DNA of 64,000 nt from Chloroflexota bacterium (GTDB lineage Bacteria > Chloroflexota > UBA11872 > VXNJ01). The stretch's first letter is position 1. The number at the start of each line of letters is the position of its first letter. Below, in pieces: positions 21,449 through 31,352 of the stretch. The stretch spans positions 1,056,001 to 1,120,000 of the forward strand of contig OZ253449.1 of assembly GCA_965261345.1 (NCBI GenBank), in the 5' to 3' direction. A program made the position numbers and the translations under genes. A model generated the notes under the pieces. It was not told the origin of the DNA and searched no databases. It saw only the letters and a program-made list of their open reading frames with translations.

Positions 21449-24400
21449 GTAGCGCCCGGCTTTCGGGCCGGGCGGGGATTGAAACGCGTTGCCAGCGGCG
21501 GTCAGGGAGTAGATGCCCCTGTAGCGCCCGGCTTTCGGGCCGGGCGGGGATTGAAACGTGTACATATATGTTGGTAGACGCAAGCGTTACGATCGTAGCG
21601 CCCGGCTTTCGGGCCGGGCGGGGATTGAAACATGCCCGGCCTGCTCGTCCACGCCCCGGACGGCGAGGGTAGCGCCCGGCTTTCGGGCCGGGCGGGGATT
21701 GAAACAAGTTGGACGACGGCGGCGCGTCCACTGGCTCCAACAGGCGCGACCTACCGGGTAGCGCCCGGCTTTCGGGCCGGGCGGGGATTGAAACTACAAC
21801 TCGGCGACGCGGAAATTTCGACACCGTAGCGCCCGGCTTTCGGGCCGGGCGGGGATTGAAACTCCTCCACTGGCTTTCCCGTCAGCCAATGATCAAACCG
21901 GGTAGCGCCCGGCTTTCGGGCCGGGCGGGGATTGAAACGATAAGTAGCCCGTGGGCGTCCTGATCGAGGCGATCAGCGTAGCGCCCGGCTTTCGGGCCGG
22001 GCGGGGATTGAAACAAGTGCGCAAGCTCGAGGGTCGCCGGGGCGGACTGCGCCAGGTAGCGCCCGGCTTTCGGGCCGGGCGGGGATTGAAACACCGTCAA
22101 CGACGCTGATCGGTCATCGGACAGTCCCTAGCCCGTAGCGCCCGGCTTTCGGGCCGGGCGGGGATTGAAACGGGAGTGGCTAGTAGCGCCCCTTTCGCGA
22201 CCGACGCCGGATCATCCCCGGCCGAGTGGCTAGTAGCGCCCGGCTTTCGGGCCGGGCGGGGATTGAAACGGTATTGGCCTGACCGAGCCCGCCGATATCA
22301 TCGTTGACACCAGTAGCGCCCGGCTTTCGGGCCGGGCGGGGATTGAAACTCCTTACAGGATGTAGCGCCTTTCCGCCGGCAAGCTCGCGACTCACCGTAG
22401 CGCCCGGCTTTCGGGCCGGGCGGGGATTGAAACAACGTGCCGGCCTTATACCGCGAACGCGATGCTCGTGAAGTAGCGCCCGGCTTTCGGGCCGGGCGGG
22501 GATTGAAACCTTACTGGCCGCGCCGGCGCGACAGTTACGTCCCGTGTAGCGCCCGGCTTTCGGGCCGGGCGGGGATTGAAACGCTCGTTCTGGCTATGCT
22601 CGGGATCTGCCGGATCAAAAATTGGTAGCGCCCGGCTTTCGGGCCGGGCGGGGATTGAAACGATTTCAACAGGTGTTCGGCCTCTCGAGCGCTACAACGG
22701 CGTAGCGCCCGGCTTTCGGGCCGGGCGGGGATTGAAACCGTTGATTGGATGCGGCGAATCGCCGGCATCGACTCAACGGGTAGCGCCCGGCTTTCGGGCC
22801 GGGCGGGGATTGAAACTCTTACCGCCTCTTGCCGCGCCAGCTGACGCGTTGCCTGACCGTAGCGCCCGGCTTTCGGGCCGGGCGGGGATTGAAACTTCGT
22901 ATGCAGGACAACAGCGGGGATTGAAATTCCAGCGATTGCCCATGTAGCGCCCGGCTTTCGGGCCGGGCGGGGATTGAAACAAGTGGCTACTTTCGGGACC
23001 CTGGCGCTGGCCGGGGTCAGGTAGCGCCCGGCTTTCGGGCCGGGCGGGGATTGAAACATATACATCCGTAGCAACGCTTTGCCCATTGAAACAAGATTTG
23101 GCATCGTAGCGCCCGGCTTTCGGGCCGGGCGGGGATTGAAACTGAACATCCTTTCGGCCGGCGATCTGATAGCGCTGAGCACGTAGCGCCCGGCTTTCGG
23201 GCCGGGCGGGGATTGAAACATTGCTCCAGCGACTCCGCGACCGGGCGGGGATTGAATCGCGAGCGTGAATGACGTAGCGCCCGGCTTTCGGGCCGGGCGG
23301 GGATTGAAACCATCCTGATCGGCCACGCGCGGGTTCGGGCGTGGACGCAACGATTTCCAAGTAGCGCCCGGCTTTCGGGCCGGGCGGGGATTGAAACGGT
23401 GTGCCCATGACCGTCGATCAAGTTGCGACAACCACTGTAGCGCCCGGCTTTCGGGCCGGGCGGGGATTGAAACGTGAGCATGATCGCTGACCGAGCGGTC
23501 CTGCGCCTGCTGGTAGCGCCCGGCTTTCGGGCCGGGCGGGGATTGAAACGGTAAGTGCCCGGCGTCGATCAAGTTGCGCAACCACTGTAGCGCCCGGCTT
23601 TCGGGCCGGGCGGGGATTGAAACGTGAGCATGATGCTGACTGAGCGATTCCTGCGCCTGCTGGTAGCGCCCGGCTTTCGGGCCGGGCGGGGATTGAAACC
23701 TAAGGTACCCGTTCATCCCGGCTCCCTCTGGTAGCGCCCGGCTTTCGGGCCGGGCGGGGATTGAAACTTGCGATAAAGCTAATAGCGAGCGCGCGCAAGC
23801 CGAGTAGCGCCCGGCTTTCGGGCCGGGCGGGGATTGAAACATATCGGTAAGCTTTAGCTTGTAAATAAGCAGTGCGTAGTAGCGCCCGGCTTTCGGGCCG
23901 GGCGGGGATTGAAACTCTACGAACCAAAAGCGAGCGTGGTAGCGCCCGGCTTTCGGGCCGGGCAAAGCGACTCGCCCACCAAAAGACGCGTAGCGCCCGG
24001 CTTTCGGGCCGGGCGGGGATTGAAACTGGATCAACGGCACCGCTCTCTCTATCCACAACGGCGTAGCGCCCGGCTTTCGGGCCGGGCGGGGGTTGAAACA
24101 TCCAAAATCAAACCTGTATCGCAGCTTCGTTCGTGTAGCGCCCGGCTTTCGGGCCGGGCGGGGATTGAAACGTTGAAGGGGTCGCAGACTAAGCCATTGG
24201 TCAAGCGGTAGCGCCCGGCTTTCGGGCCGGGCGGGGATTGAAACCAGCTTCTCGCTGAGCAGGCGCTCCAGCACGTCTGGTAGCGCCCGGCTTTCGGGCC
24301 GGGCGGGGATTGAAACTTGTCCGACTCCACGTTCTCGCGCACCAGATCAGCCAGTAGCGCCCGCCTTTCGGGCCGGGCGGGGATTGAAACGGGGAGTTCC

Positions 24401-24534
24401 GGCCCGCCATGCTGGTCCCGTTCAAGTAGCGCCCGCCTTTCGGGCCGGGCGGGGATTGAAACCAGATCACTGCGGCGTGGCGGCCGAATACTTTCAAGTA
24501 GCGCCCGGCTTTCGGGCCGGGCGGGGATTGAAAC
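21449..24534 (+). CRISPR. Type I-C CRISPR array: 41 repeats (one truncated), 40 spacers
   Basis: 37-nt repeat GTAGCGCCCGGCTTTCGGGCCGGGCGGGGATTGAAAC with internal hairpin and ATTGAAAC 3' end; single-base variants at 24063, 24354, 24426; 25-nt partial repeat at 23939. Confidence 0.98.
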
Positions 24535-24721
24535 ACGATCGCTGCCTTGGCGACTTCGCCTGATCTACAGGATCCCGGTGCCGCTGGCACCGGGATCCTG
24601 AAAGTGCTAATGCGCGATCATCCCGACAGCATCGGTCCAAAGCAGCTGCGCACGCTACAACAAAGGCTCAGGCAATGGCGCTCGGTGATGGCTAAAGAGC
24701 TCGTTTACGGGGTCGTAAACA

Positions 24722-26473
24722 GGACGTGTCCCACGGTGTGGTGTAACTAAGCCGTCCTCTACGTTTAGGGGTTCGGCAGCTGCAACTCTGTAGAGTTGCA
24801 GCTGCCGGCAGGGCCGGCAGATGGTTGCTGGGGCTTGCTGGGGGAGTTTCGAGTCCTTGGCTGTGACGGCGACTGCCGGTAAGGCGTCCATCATTTTGCC
24901 AGTTGCGACCATGGCGCGGTCGTGGTCATATGGGCTTCCATGGGTCCGAAGGCCGGCCCCGGCCCGTAACGGCTCGCATTCGGGCTCACCGGGCCGGGTT
25001 TGTTGGGAAAGTCGGCCCAATTCGACGCTAGTGATCCTTATTTAGGCCCAGCTAGCGCCAAGCCGGGCGCACGACCTTCCATTTCCCTGGAGGGCGCTAC
25101 GGCCCCCGGCGGCGGTTGCTACCCCGCCGGCAATGCCAGCGGGGACTGCCTCTCTCCCGGAGATGGGGGTTGGCCGATTAAGGCCATCGAGTGCCTGGAC
25201 ATATAGCGGCGCTCGGATGCGAGCCATTCGTCGTTCTGCTCAATTAGGACCGCTCCGATAAGGCGCAGGACCGAGTCATCGTCGGGGAAGAGCTGCACTA
25301 CCCGGGTGCGGCGCTTTAGCTCGCCCATAACGCGCTCCAGGGGATTGGTGGACCAGATCTTGCGCCAGTGCGAAGGCGGGAAGGCGGTGTAGGCAGTCAG
25401 GGCGATCTCGGAGTCCTCGAGGATCGTGGACAGTTCCGGATACTTGCGCTCTAAGCGATCGGCGAAATCTCCGAAGGCGTCCATGGTGCTCTGCTTGTCA
25501 GCCTGCCCAAACACCGACGCCAGTCCGGCTGCCACCAGCCCGCGGTCGCCGCTTCTGACCCTTGGCAGAAGATTGCGCCCAAAGTGTGTCCTGCACGTCT
25601 GCCAGGCGGCCTCGGGAATAAGCTTTGTCACCGCGTTGCCGATGGCTTGGTTCCCATCGGAGATCACCAGCCGCACGCCGGATAGACCGCGCGTTACCAG
25701 GGAGGCGATCAAGTCCTCCCCGAAGCCCTGCGCTTCGCTGTGGCCGATTGCAAGCCCCAGCAGCTCGCGATGGCCGTTCTCGTTTATGGCCATTGCTATG
25801 CCCACCGCCCGCGACCTTACCGCATGCGCGTTTCGGGCTTTTACGTAGGTGGCGTCGAGATAGAGGTACGGGAAGGTCGTATGCGCGAGATCGCGTTCGC
25901 GGAAGGCATTGACCATCTCGTCGATGCCTTTGCAGATCCTTGACACCTCGGACCTGGAGATCCCGGCGTTTACTCCCATCGCCTCCACCAGCTTGTCGAC
26001 CTTGCGGGTGGAGACGCCCTTGCTGTAGGCGGTCATGATGACGCCGTAGAGGGCCTGGTCGATGCGGCGCCGCCGCTCCAAGAACTCGGGGTAGTAGCTG
26101 CCTTGGCGCAGCTTGGGCAGGGCAATCTCGATGTCGCCCGCCCGGGTGGAGAGGGTGCGCTTGCGCGAGCCATCAAAGCCGATTGCGACGCTCGCCGTTG
26201 CGCTCGTGCGGTTGGGCGCCGATGTTTTCGGCCAGGCCGGCGTCAATAAGTTCCTGGTAGGCGTGCCGTACGGCGCTGCGGACGAATTCGCTGCTGTCAA
26301 ACCCTTGCTTGGCGATAAGGGCAAGCAAGGTCTGATAATCAAGTTGGGCCATCGATGGTTCCTCGACGAAGTAAGTGAATTGACTCCGTAGAGGTTTACA
26401 CGATGGCCCTTTGTCATCGCGTTGGCTTAGTTGATCAAGCGGGTGCTCTTACACCACTCCAGGGGACGTGATC
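24722..26473 (-). mobile_element. IS256-family element with imperfect terminal inverted repeats and 8-bp target-site duplication
   Basis: CGTAAACA at 24714-24721 and 26474-26481; ends GGACGTGTCCCACGGTGTGGTGTAA / TTACACCACTCCAGGGGACGTGATC. Confidence 0.9.
25119..26352 (-). pseudogene. IS256-family (mutator) transposase with an N-terminal frameshift
   Basis: LYLDATY, LVISDG, WQTCRTHF, WSTNPLER; the likely N-terminus MAQLDYQ...IGAQPHERNGERRN (ATG 26352) is in another frame and stops near 26172 (real or sequencing error). Confidence 0.85.
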
Positions 26474-26920
26474 CGTAAACAGCCGCGATGGTGCGGTCGA
26501 CGATGCCGAAATCGTACGTGTAAACGCACCAATTGGGGCCGAATAAATGCGCAGAAACTTCGGTCACATATTTAGATGAGGCAACGGAAACCGGACAAAG
26601 TAACTGTCGCGGATCAGGGGGTTGTGCCGGGCGGCTCGGATCGGCATCTTCACGCCGAAGTACGTTAGCTACGGTCGCAAACCGGGATAGTGAGTATGAG
26701 AGCGGATGGCCGACGCCCACCCGGAAATTTTCTCGGAAAACATCCTCCGCCGGACAAAGTCCGCCTGGCCTAAACGGCGGCTACTCAGTGATTGAGGCGA
26801 CTTGGACTGCCAATGCGGCCGTCGGTGGAGGGCGGGCTGCCCATGGGTCTTTCAGGGAACCTGAACGTGTCCACGCGAACTTACTTCCCAGCGGAAGATT
26901 CGCGATTAAGTCCCTCAGGG

Positions 26921-26992
26921 TCCCCCCAGCAGGACTCGAACCTGCGCGCATGGTTTAGGAAACCACTGCTCTTTCCTCTGAGCTATGGGGGG
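26921..26992 (-). tRNA. tRNA-Arg(CCT)
   Basis: Acceptor CCCCCCA/TGGGGGG, D-arm AGCTCAG..GAGC, anticodon arm GTGGT-TTCCTAA-ACCAT, T-loop GTTCGAGTC; CCA not encoded. Confidence 0.93.
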
Positions 26993-27028
26993 CATGCTCG
27001 CAAAGGCATTTGGCAACTACCAAACAGG

Positions 27029-27772
27029 CTAGGACATCATGTTGCGGGGGATGGTTAGGGTGTCAAATTTAGCCAGGGCCGCATCGATGTGGGCTTGGCC
27101 GTAGCGGAGCGAGATTCCGTGGTGCCCAGGAAAAAGCCCGGTCAGGCCAAAATCGCGAAACTGGCCAATGCTTTGGCCCAATTGCCACGGCGAGGTTTCG
27201 GGGGCCCAATTGAGCACCACGTCGCCGTTGCTAAAAACCAGATCGCCGGAAAACAAAAAAGTGGTCGGGCCGTCGCGGAGCAGGTAGGCATTGTGGGGAT
27301 TGGCGTGGCCCGAAGTAGCAAAAACCTCCAACCGCAGTGACCCGACCGCAATTTCGTCGCCGGCGTCTACCTCACGCTCGACCGGGAAGGTCTGGAATCG
27401 GTAGTCCGGTGGATAGCGTCCGGCCGCGCGGGCGCGCGTCAGATTTATCGCGTCCTCGTCACCTTCTTCAAGCCAGCGGCGGGTTCCGGTAGGGACGATC
27501 GCCTTCAGGCCGAGATTGTCAACGAGCCAGGCTGCACCGCCCGAATGATCGCCGTGGCAGTGGGTAAGGATCAATTGGTCGATTGAGCCCGGATCGATCC
27601 CGTCGCCGGCGATGTTTTTCACGATCAGGTCGGGGTCAACTCCCCCGCCGGCATCAATTAGCGCTCCCCGGACCCCGTCATGGACTAGGTAGATGTGGCA
27701 ATCTCCACGATTGGAGATTCCCATTCCCATTTGCCCACCGCCGACCAGGTATACGTTTTCACGCAGCTTCAA
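27029..27772 (-). CDS. MBL-fold metallo-hydrolase
   Basis: THCHGDHSGG, GH, SGD, PGH. Confidence 0.88.
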   Translation of the reverse strand: MKLRENVYLVGGGQMGMGISNRGDCHIYLVHDGVRGALIDAGGGVDPDLIVKNIAGDGIDPGSIDQLILTHCHGDHSGGAAWLVDNLGLKAIVPTGTRRWLEEGDEDAINLTRARAAGRYPPDYRFQTFPVEREVDAGDEIAVGSLRLEVFATSGHANPHNAYLLRDGPTTFLFSGDLVFSNGDVVLNWAPETSPWQLGQSIGQFRDFGLTGLFPGHHGISLRYGQAHIDAALAKFDTLTIPRNMMS

Positions 27773-27819
27773 TGCAAATTCCTTTTGATGCTGGAGCGCA
27801 GATTCAGCCGCGCTCGCGC

Positions 27820-29310
27820 TCAGAACCAGCGCGAGACGACCACCTTGTCCTCGGTAAAGAATCGGACCGAATCTTCGGCCTGGGCGTGCAAATCGCCAAA
27901 GAACGAATCCTTCATCCCACCGAAGTGAAAGAACGCCATCGGCGCCGCCACGCCGATATTGATCCCGATATTGCCGGCACGGACCTCCGATGAAAACTGG
28001 CGGGCCGATTTGCCCGAGCTGGTAAAGATACAGGCCATGTTGCCGTAAGGCACGCGGTCGATGATTGCGATCGCCTCGTCCAGGTCACTGGCCTTCATAA
28101 GGCAGAGCACCGGCCCGAATATTTCATCGTTGGCAACGCTCATTTCCGGGTCAACGCCGGCAAAGAGAGTTGGGCCCAGGAAATGCCCGCCGTCGCGCCC
28201 GGCCACCGCCTGTCCGCGGCCGTCGACTAGCAATTTGGCACCCTCGGTCACGCCGGTTTCAATGTAATCGATTATTCGCGCCCGGCTCTTGGCCGAAATG
28301 ACCGGACCCATTGCCGTCTGCGGATCAAATCCGTCACCGACTACGAGTTGGGAGGCCTTGGACGCCAGTTCCTCGCGAGCGGCCTCGTAGGCGTCGCCGA
28401 CCGCCAGCACCACCGAGCCGGCCAGGCAGCGCTGCCCGGCGCACCCGTAGGCCGATTCCAGGATGTTGTCGATTGAGGGATCCAAATTGGCGTCGGGCAT
28501 TAGGACTATGTAGTTCTTGGCCCCGCCCTGGGCCTGGACCCGTTTGCCATTGGCGGTCCCCTGCTGGTAGACCGAACGGGCCACCGGCGTGGATCCGACG
28601 AAGGAGATGCCCTGCACGTCGGGGTGGTCGAGCAACGCCTGGGCGGTCTGGCGGCCGCCGTGCAGGAGGCTGAGTATCCCGGCCGGCAGACCGGCCCGTT
28701 CGGCCAATTCCACCATGATCACCTGCGAGAGCGGAGTCTGCTCGGACGGCTTGATGATGAACGTGTTTCCGGTGGCAATCGCGTAGGGAATAAACCAGAA
28801 GGGCACCATCGCCGGGAAGTTGAACGGTGCGATCGCGGCGAATACGCCCAGCGGTTGGCGTACCGCATATTCGTCAATCCCCTTGGCGACATCCTCCAGG
28901 TTGCGGCCCTGCATCAGGGTCGGAACACCGACCGCCACGTCGACATTCTCGATCGCCCGCCGCACTTCGCCGCGCGCTTCGGCCAAGGTCTTGCCGTGCT
29001 CGAGGGTCACGATGCGGGCGATTTCCTCAAAGTCCTCTTCAAGCAGGTGCTTGTAGCGGAAAAGATGCTGTGCCCGATCGACCGGCGGAACCTTGCGCCA
29101 ACCGGCAAAGGCTTGCAGCGCCGCCGCCACGCAGGCGTCAACATCGGCTTGGCTCGAGTCAGGAATTGCCGCGATTGCGGCCCCGGTGGCCGGGTTTTCC
29201 ACCCGGATCAGATCCTGGCTCGAAGCCGGCAGCCACTGCCCCCCAATGAAATTGGGAAGCGGGGCGTCGGGTTCGGCCTCCGCGAGGATTCGGGAGCTGG
29301 TTTTCATCAT
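27820..29310 (-). CDS. mmsA: CoA-acylating methylmalonate-semialdehyde dehydrogenase (MmsA/IolA)
   Basis: PFNFPAMVP, FVGSTPVA, GGAKN, AGQRCLA, FGGMKDSFFGDLHAQ; AAGGAG RBS before ATG 29310. Confidence 0.88.
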   Translation of the reverse strand: MMKTSSRILAEAEPDAPLPNFIGGQWLPASSQDLIRVENPATGAAIAAIPDSSQADVDACVAAALQAFAGWRKVPPVDRAQHLFRYKHLLEEDFEEIARIVTLEHGKTLAEARGEVRRAIENVDVAVGVPTLMQGRNLEDVAKGIDEYAVRQPLGVFAAIAPFNFPAMVPFWFIPYAIATGNTFIIKPSEQTPLSQVIMVELAERAGLPAGILSLLHGGRQTAQALLDHPDVQGISFVGSTPVARSVYQQGTANGKRVQAQGGAKNYIVLMPDANLDPSIDNILESAYGCAGQRCLAGSVVLAVGDAYEAAREELASKASQLVVGDGFDPQTAMGPVISAKSRARIIDYIETGVTEGAKLLVDGRGQAVAGRDGGHFLGPTLFAGVDPEMSVANDEIFGPVLCLMKASDLDEAIAIIDRVPYGNMACIFTSSGKSARQFSSEVRAGNIGINIGVAAPMAFFHFGGMKDSFFGDLHAQAEDSVRFFTEDKVVVSRWF

Positions 29311-29373
29311 TGCCTTACCACTCCTTGTGTTCAAAAGCAGGTTGGAATTATCTATCGCCGCGCGAAATCGATT

Positions 29374-30366
29374 TTATGGATTCGGCAGGCCCTGCCCGCG
29401 GCGGGCGTGGATTTGTTCGCAGATGACCCCGCCGATCAGAAATACAAGCGCTGCCAGGTAGATCCAGATCAACACCGCTAGAAAAGAGGCAATCGAGCCG
29501 TAGATCCAGTCGAATTGATCGAAAAGTGAAAAATAGGCCCAGAATCCGATCTTTAGGATCGGAATCGCGATTGCGCTAAATGCCGCGCCAGGGATGGAGT
29601 TGCGGATGGTAGATCTTCTTCCCGCCAATATCTGATACAGCGCCCAGGACGCGGCAAAGCCCATCGCCACCGAGAGCAATTCGAAGAGTCCCCGGTAGAC
29701 CCAGTTGTCAAAAAAGGCAATCAGTTCGTCCCAGCCCAGCAACCCGGCCAAGACGATTCGCGGGAACTCAATTACCGAGATCATCAATCCGGCCAACGCG
29801 GCCACTCCCAACAGCGCCAGTACGCCTCCTAGGGCGGTGCCGATGCCGACCACCCAAGGGGTGTCCTCCAGCTGCCAGGCCGCTGCCAGGCCGCGGCGGG
29901 CGGCGCTTACGATTTGCAAAGCCGACCACAACAAGGCCATCGCCGCCAGTAGCAGGGCAGGCCCGCCGCCCGGTGGCGGCTGCAAGACTCCATCGGGCAG
30001 GATCGACCGGTCCAGCGCCAGATTGGCTTCGGCCAGGATCAACCAGCGCTGGTAGAGCACATTGCCCCATTCGGTCGATGAGAGCAGGACCGCCGAGGCC
30101 AGCAGCAGCGGAAAAAGCGCGAAACTGGCGTGAAAAGCCATCGCCGCGGCATGAGTATGGCAGCCGCGGCCGAAAAACTCCCGGCCAACCGCCAGCAACA
30201 GCCGCAAATTTTGGCGCGGCTCCGCCCGGATTCCAATCAAATCTTTAATTTGTCGGTCAATCGACAAGTCGACAAGTGGTTGGCAGCGCCCGCCTGGCCC
30301 CGTTCGCGGCGACCTCGCGTTCGTAGGTTGCCTAACGTGGTGGCCCTCGGAGATCGGTGTGGCCAA
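29374..30366 (-). CDS. YihY/BrkB-family membrane protein
   Basis: AAAMAFH..FALFP, IYGSIAS...LIWIY; the true start is probably downstream of 30366. Confidence 0.8.
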   Translation of the reverse strand: MATPISEGHHVRQPTNARSPRTGPGGRCQPLVDLSIDRQIKDLIGIRAEPRQNLRLLLAVGREFFGRGCHTHAAAMAFHASFALFPLLLASAVLLSSTEWGNVLYQRWLILAEANLALDRSILPDGVLQPPPGGGPALLLAAMALLWSALQIVSAARRGLAAAWQLEDTPWVVGIGTALGGVLALLGVAALAGLMISVIEFPRIVLAGLLGWDELIAFFDNWVYRGLFELLSVAMGFAASWALYQILAGRRSTIRNSIPGAAFSAIAIPILKIGFWAYFSLFDQFDWIYGSIASFLAVLIWIYLAALVFLIGGVICEQIHARRGQGLPNP

Positions 30367-30375
30367 TGGCTTGGT

Positions 30376-31227
30376 TTAGGCAAAACTCTGTTTCCCCAGG
30401 CGATCGAGCAGGCCTTCGCCCTCCCCGCGATTTGTGGTCCAATCATGGAGCCGCAGCCCCACGCTCTCCTGTAGTTGGGCGGTCAACCCGCCATCGGCAA
30501 CGACCACTGACCCGGTCATATACGACGCATCCGCGCTCGCCAGAAACGAGATCACCGCGGCCATTTCGGCGGGTTGGCCAGCTCGCCGCAGCGGATATAT
30601 TTGCGACCACGTTTCCATAATGTCGGGGTTGGCATCCAGCCCCTTCTGCATTCGATCAGTAATGATCAACCCTGGGCATAAGGCATTGACCCGGATCCCG
30701 AGCCGGCCCAGGTCAACCGCGGCCACCCGGGTGAGCCCGATCACCGCGTGCTTGCACGCATCGTAGACGGTGCGGTCCGCCTCCGAGAGCAGACCGTGCA
30801 CCGAGGCGATGTTGATGATGGCCCCGTCGCTCTGTCTGGCAAGGGCCGGAGTTGCATGGCGGATCAGCAGCTGGGTGGCCACCACCATCACCCTGAACTG
30901 GTCCTGCCAATCGTCGGCTTCGACCTGGTCGATTCGCAGCTTCGGCCGCGGCGGAGCGGCGTTGTTGACCAGAATGTCCAACCGCCCGAAGCGATCCAGG
31001 GCGTGCTCGATGACCGCTTGCGGTGCCTCGGGATCGCCAAGATCGGCGGTCAAATAGCCTGCTTCAAATCCAGCATCGCGCAGCTCGCGGGCCGCGTGTT
31101 CACCCTTTTCGGCCTGAACGTCGACCAGTAATACCGCCGCCCCCTCGCCGGCCAGCCTTGCAGCGGCGGCCAACCCGATGTTCTGGGCGGCGCCGGTTAC
31201 GATCGCCGCCCGCCCCTGGTGTCGCAT
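30376..31227 (-). CDS. SDR-family oxidoreductase
   Basis: TGAAQNIG, LVNNA, Y.ACK, VNALCPG. Confidence 0.9.
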   Translation of the reverse strand: MRHQGRAAIVTGAAQNIGLAAAARLAGEGAAVLLVDVQAEKGEHAARELRDAGFEAGYLTADLGDPEAPQAVIEHALDRFGRLDILVNNAAPPRPKLRIDQVEADDWQDQFRVMVVATQLLIRHATPALARQSDGAIINIASVHGLLSEADRTVYDACKHAVIGLTRVAAVDLGRLGIRVNALCPGLIITDRMQKGLDANPDIMETWSQIYPLRRAGQPAEMAAVISFLASADASYMTGSVVVADGGLTAQLQESVGLRLHDWTTNRGEGEGLLDRLGKQSFA

Positions 31228-31352
31228 GTTCGCGGTAACTCCGGAATTGGACCGTTTATTTGGCGGTCAGATTTATAAATGAACAACGTCGGCTGCACGA
31301 TTCATTTTGCCGGCGTCCTTTATCGCTCACGGCTATCGCGAAGCAGGTTCCA

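Larger units (their letters stand above)
24568..26587 (+). pseudogene. 3' remnant of an integrase-type IS transposase (ISNCY/IS21-like), split by an IS256 insertion
   Basis: Translation ...HPDSIGPKQLRTLQQRLRQWRSVMAKELVYGVVN continues past the IS256 target duplication as SRDGAVDDAEIV...GAE*; then an IS-end-like GGTCACATATTTAGATGAGGCAAC. Confidence 0.6.

Noticed and set aside
22535-24274. 579-aa minus-strand ORF and other ORFs with repeated SIPARPESRAL / FQSPPGPKAGRY / FNPRPARKPGAT
   Set aside because: These are translations of the CRISPR repeat, not proteins.
24245-24279. Spacer 37 shares CAGGCGCTCCAGCA with the M20 peptidase gene near 52534
   Set aside because: A 14-nt GC-rich match with no extension and no PAM; compatible with chance.
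25055-25101. GTAGCGCCC and GCGCCCGGCTT (CRISPR-repeat-like pieces) on the minus strand of the IS256 3' region
   Set aside because: Only 9-11 nt of GC-rich match; insufficient for an anti-repeat or mini-array claim.
26353-26417. Start of the 432-aa IS256 ORF as listed in the track
   Set aside because: Its N-terminal part is out of frame with the IS256-like N-terminus starting at 26352.
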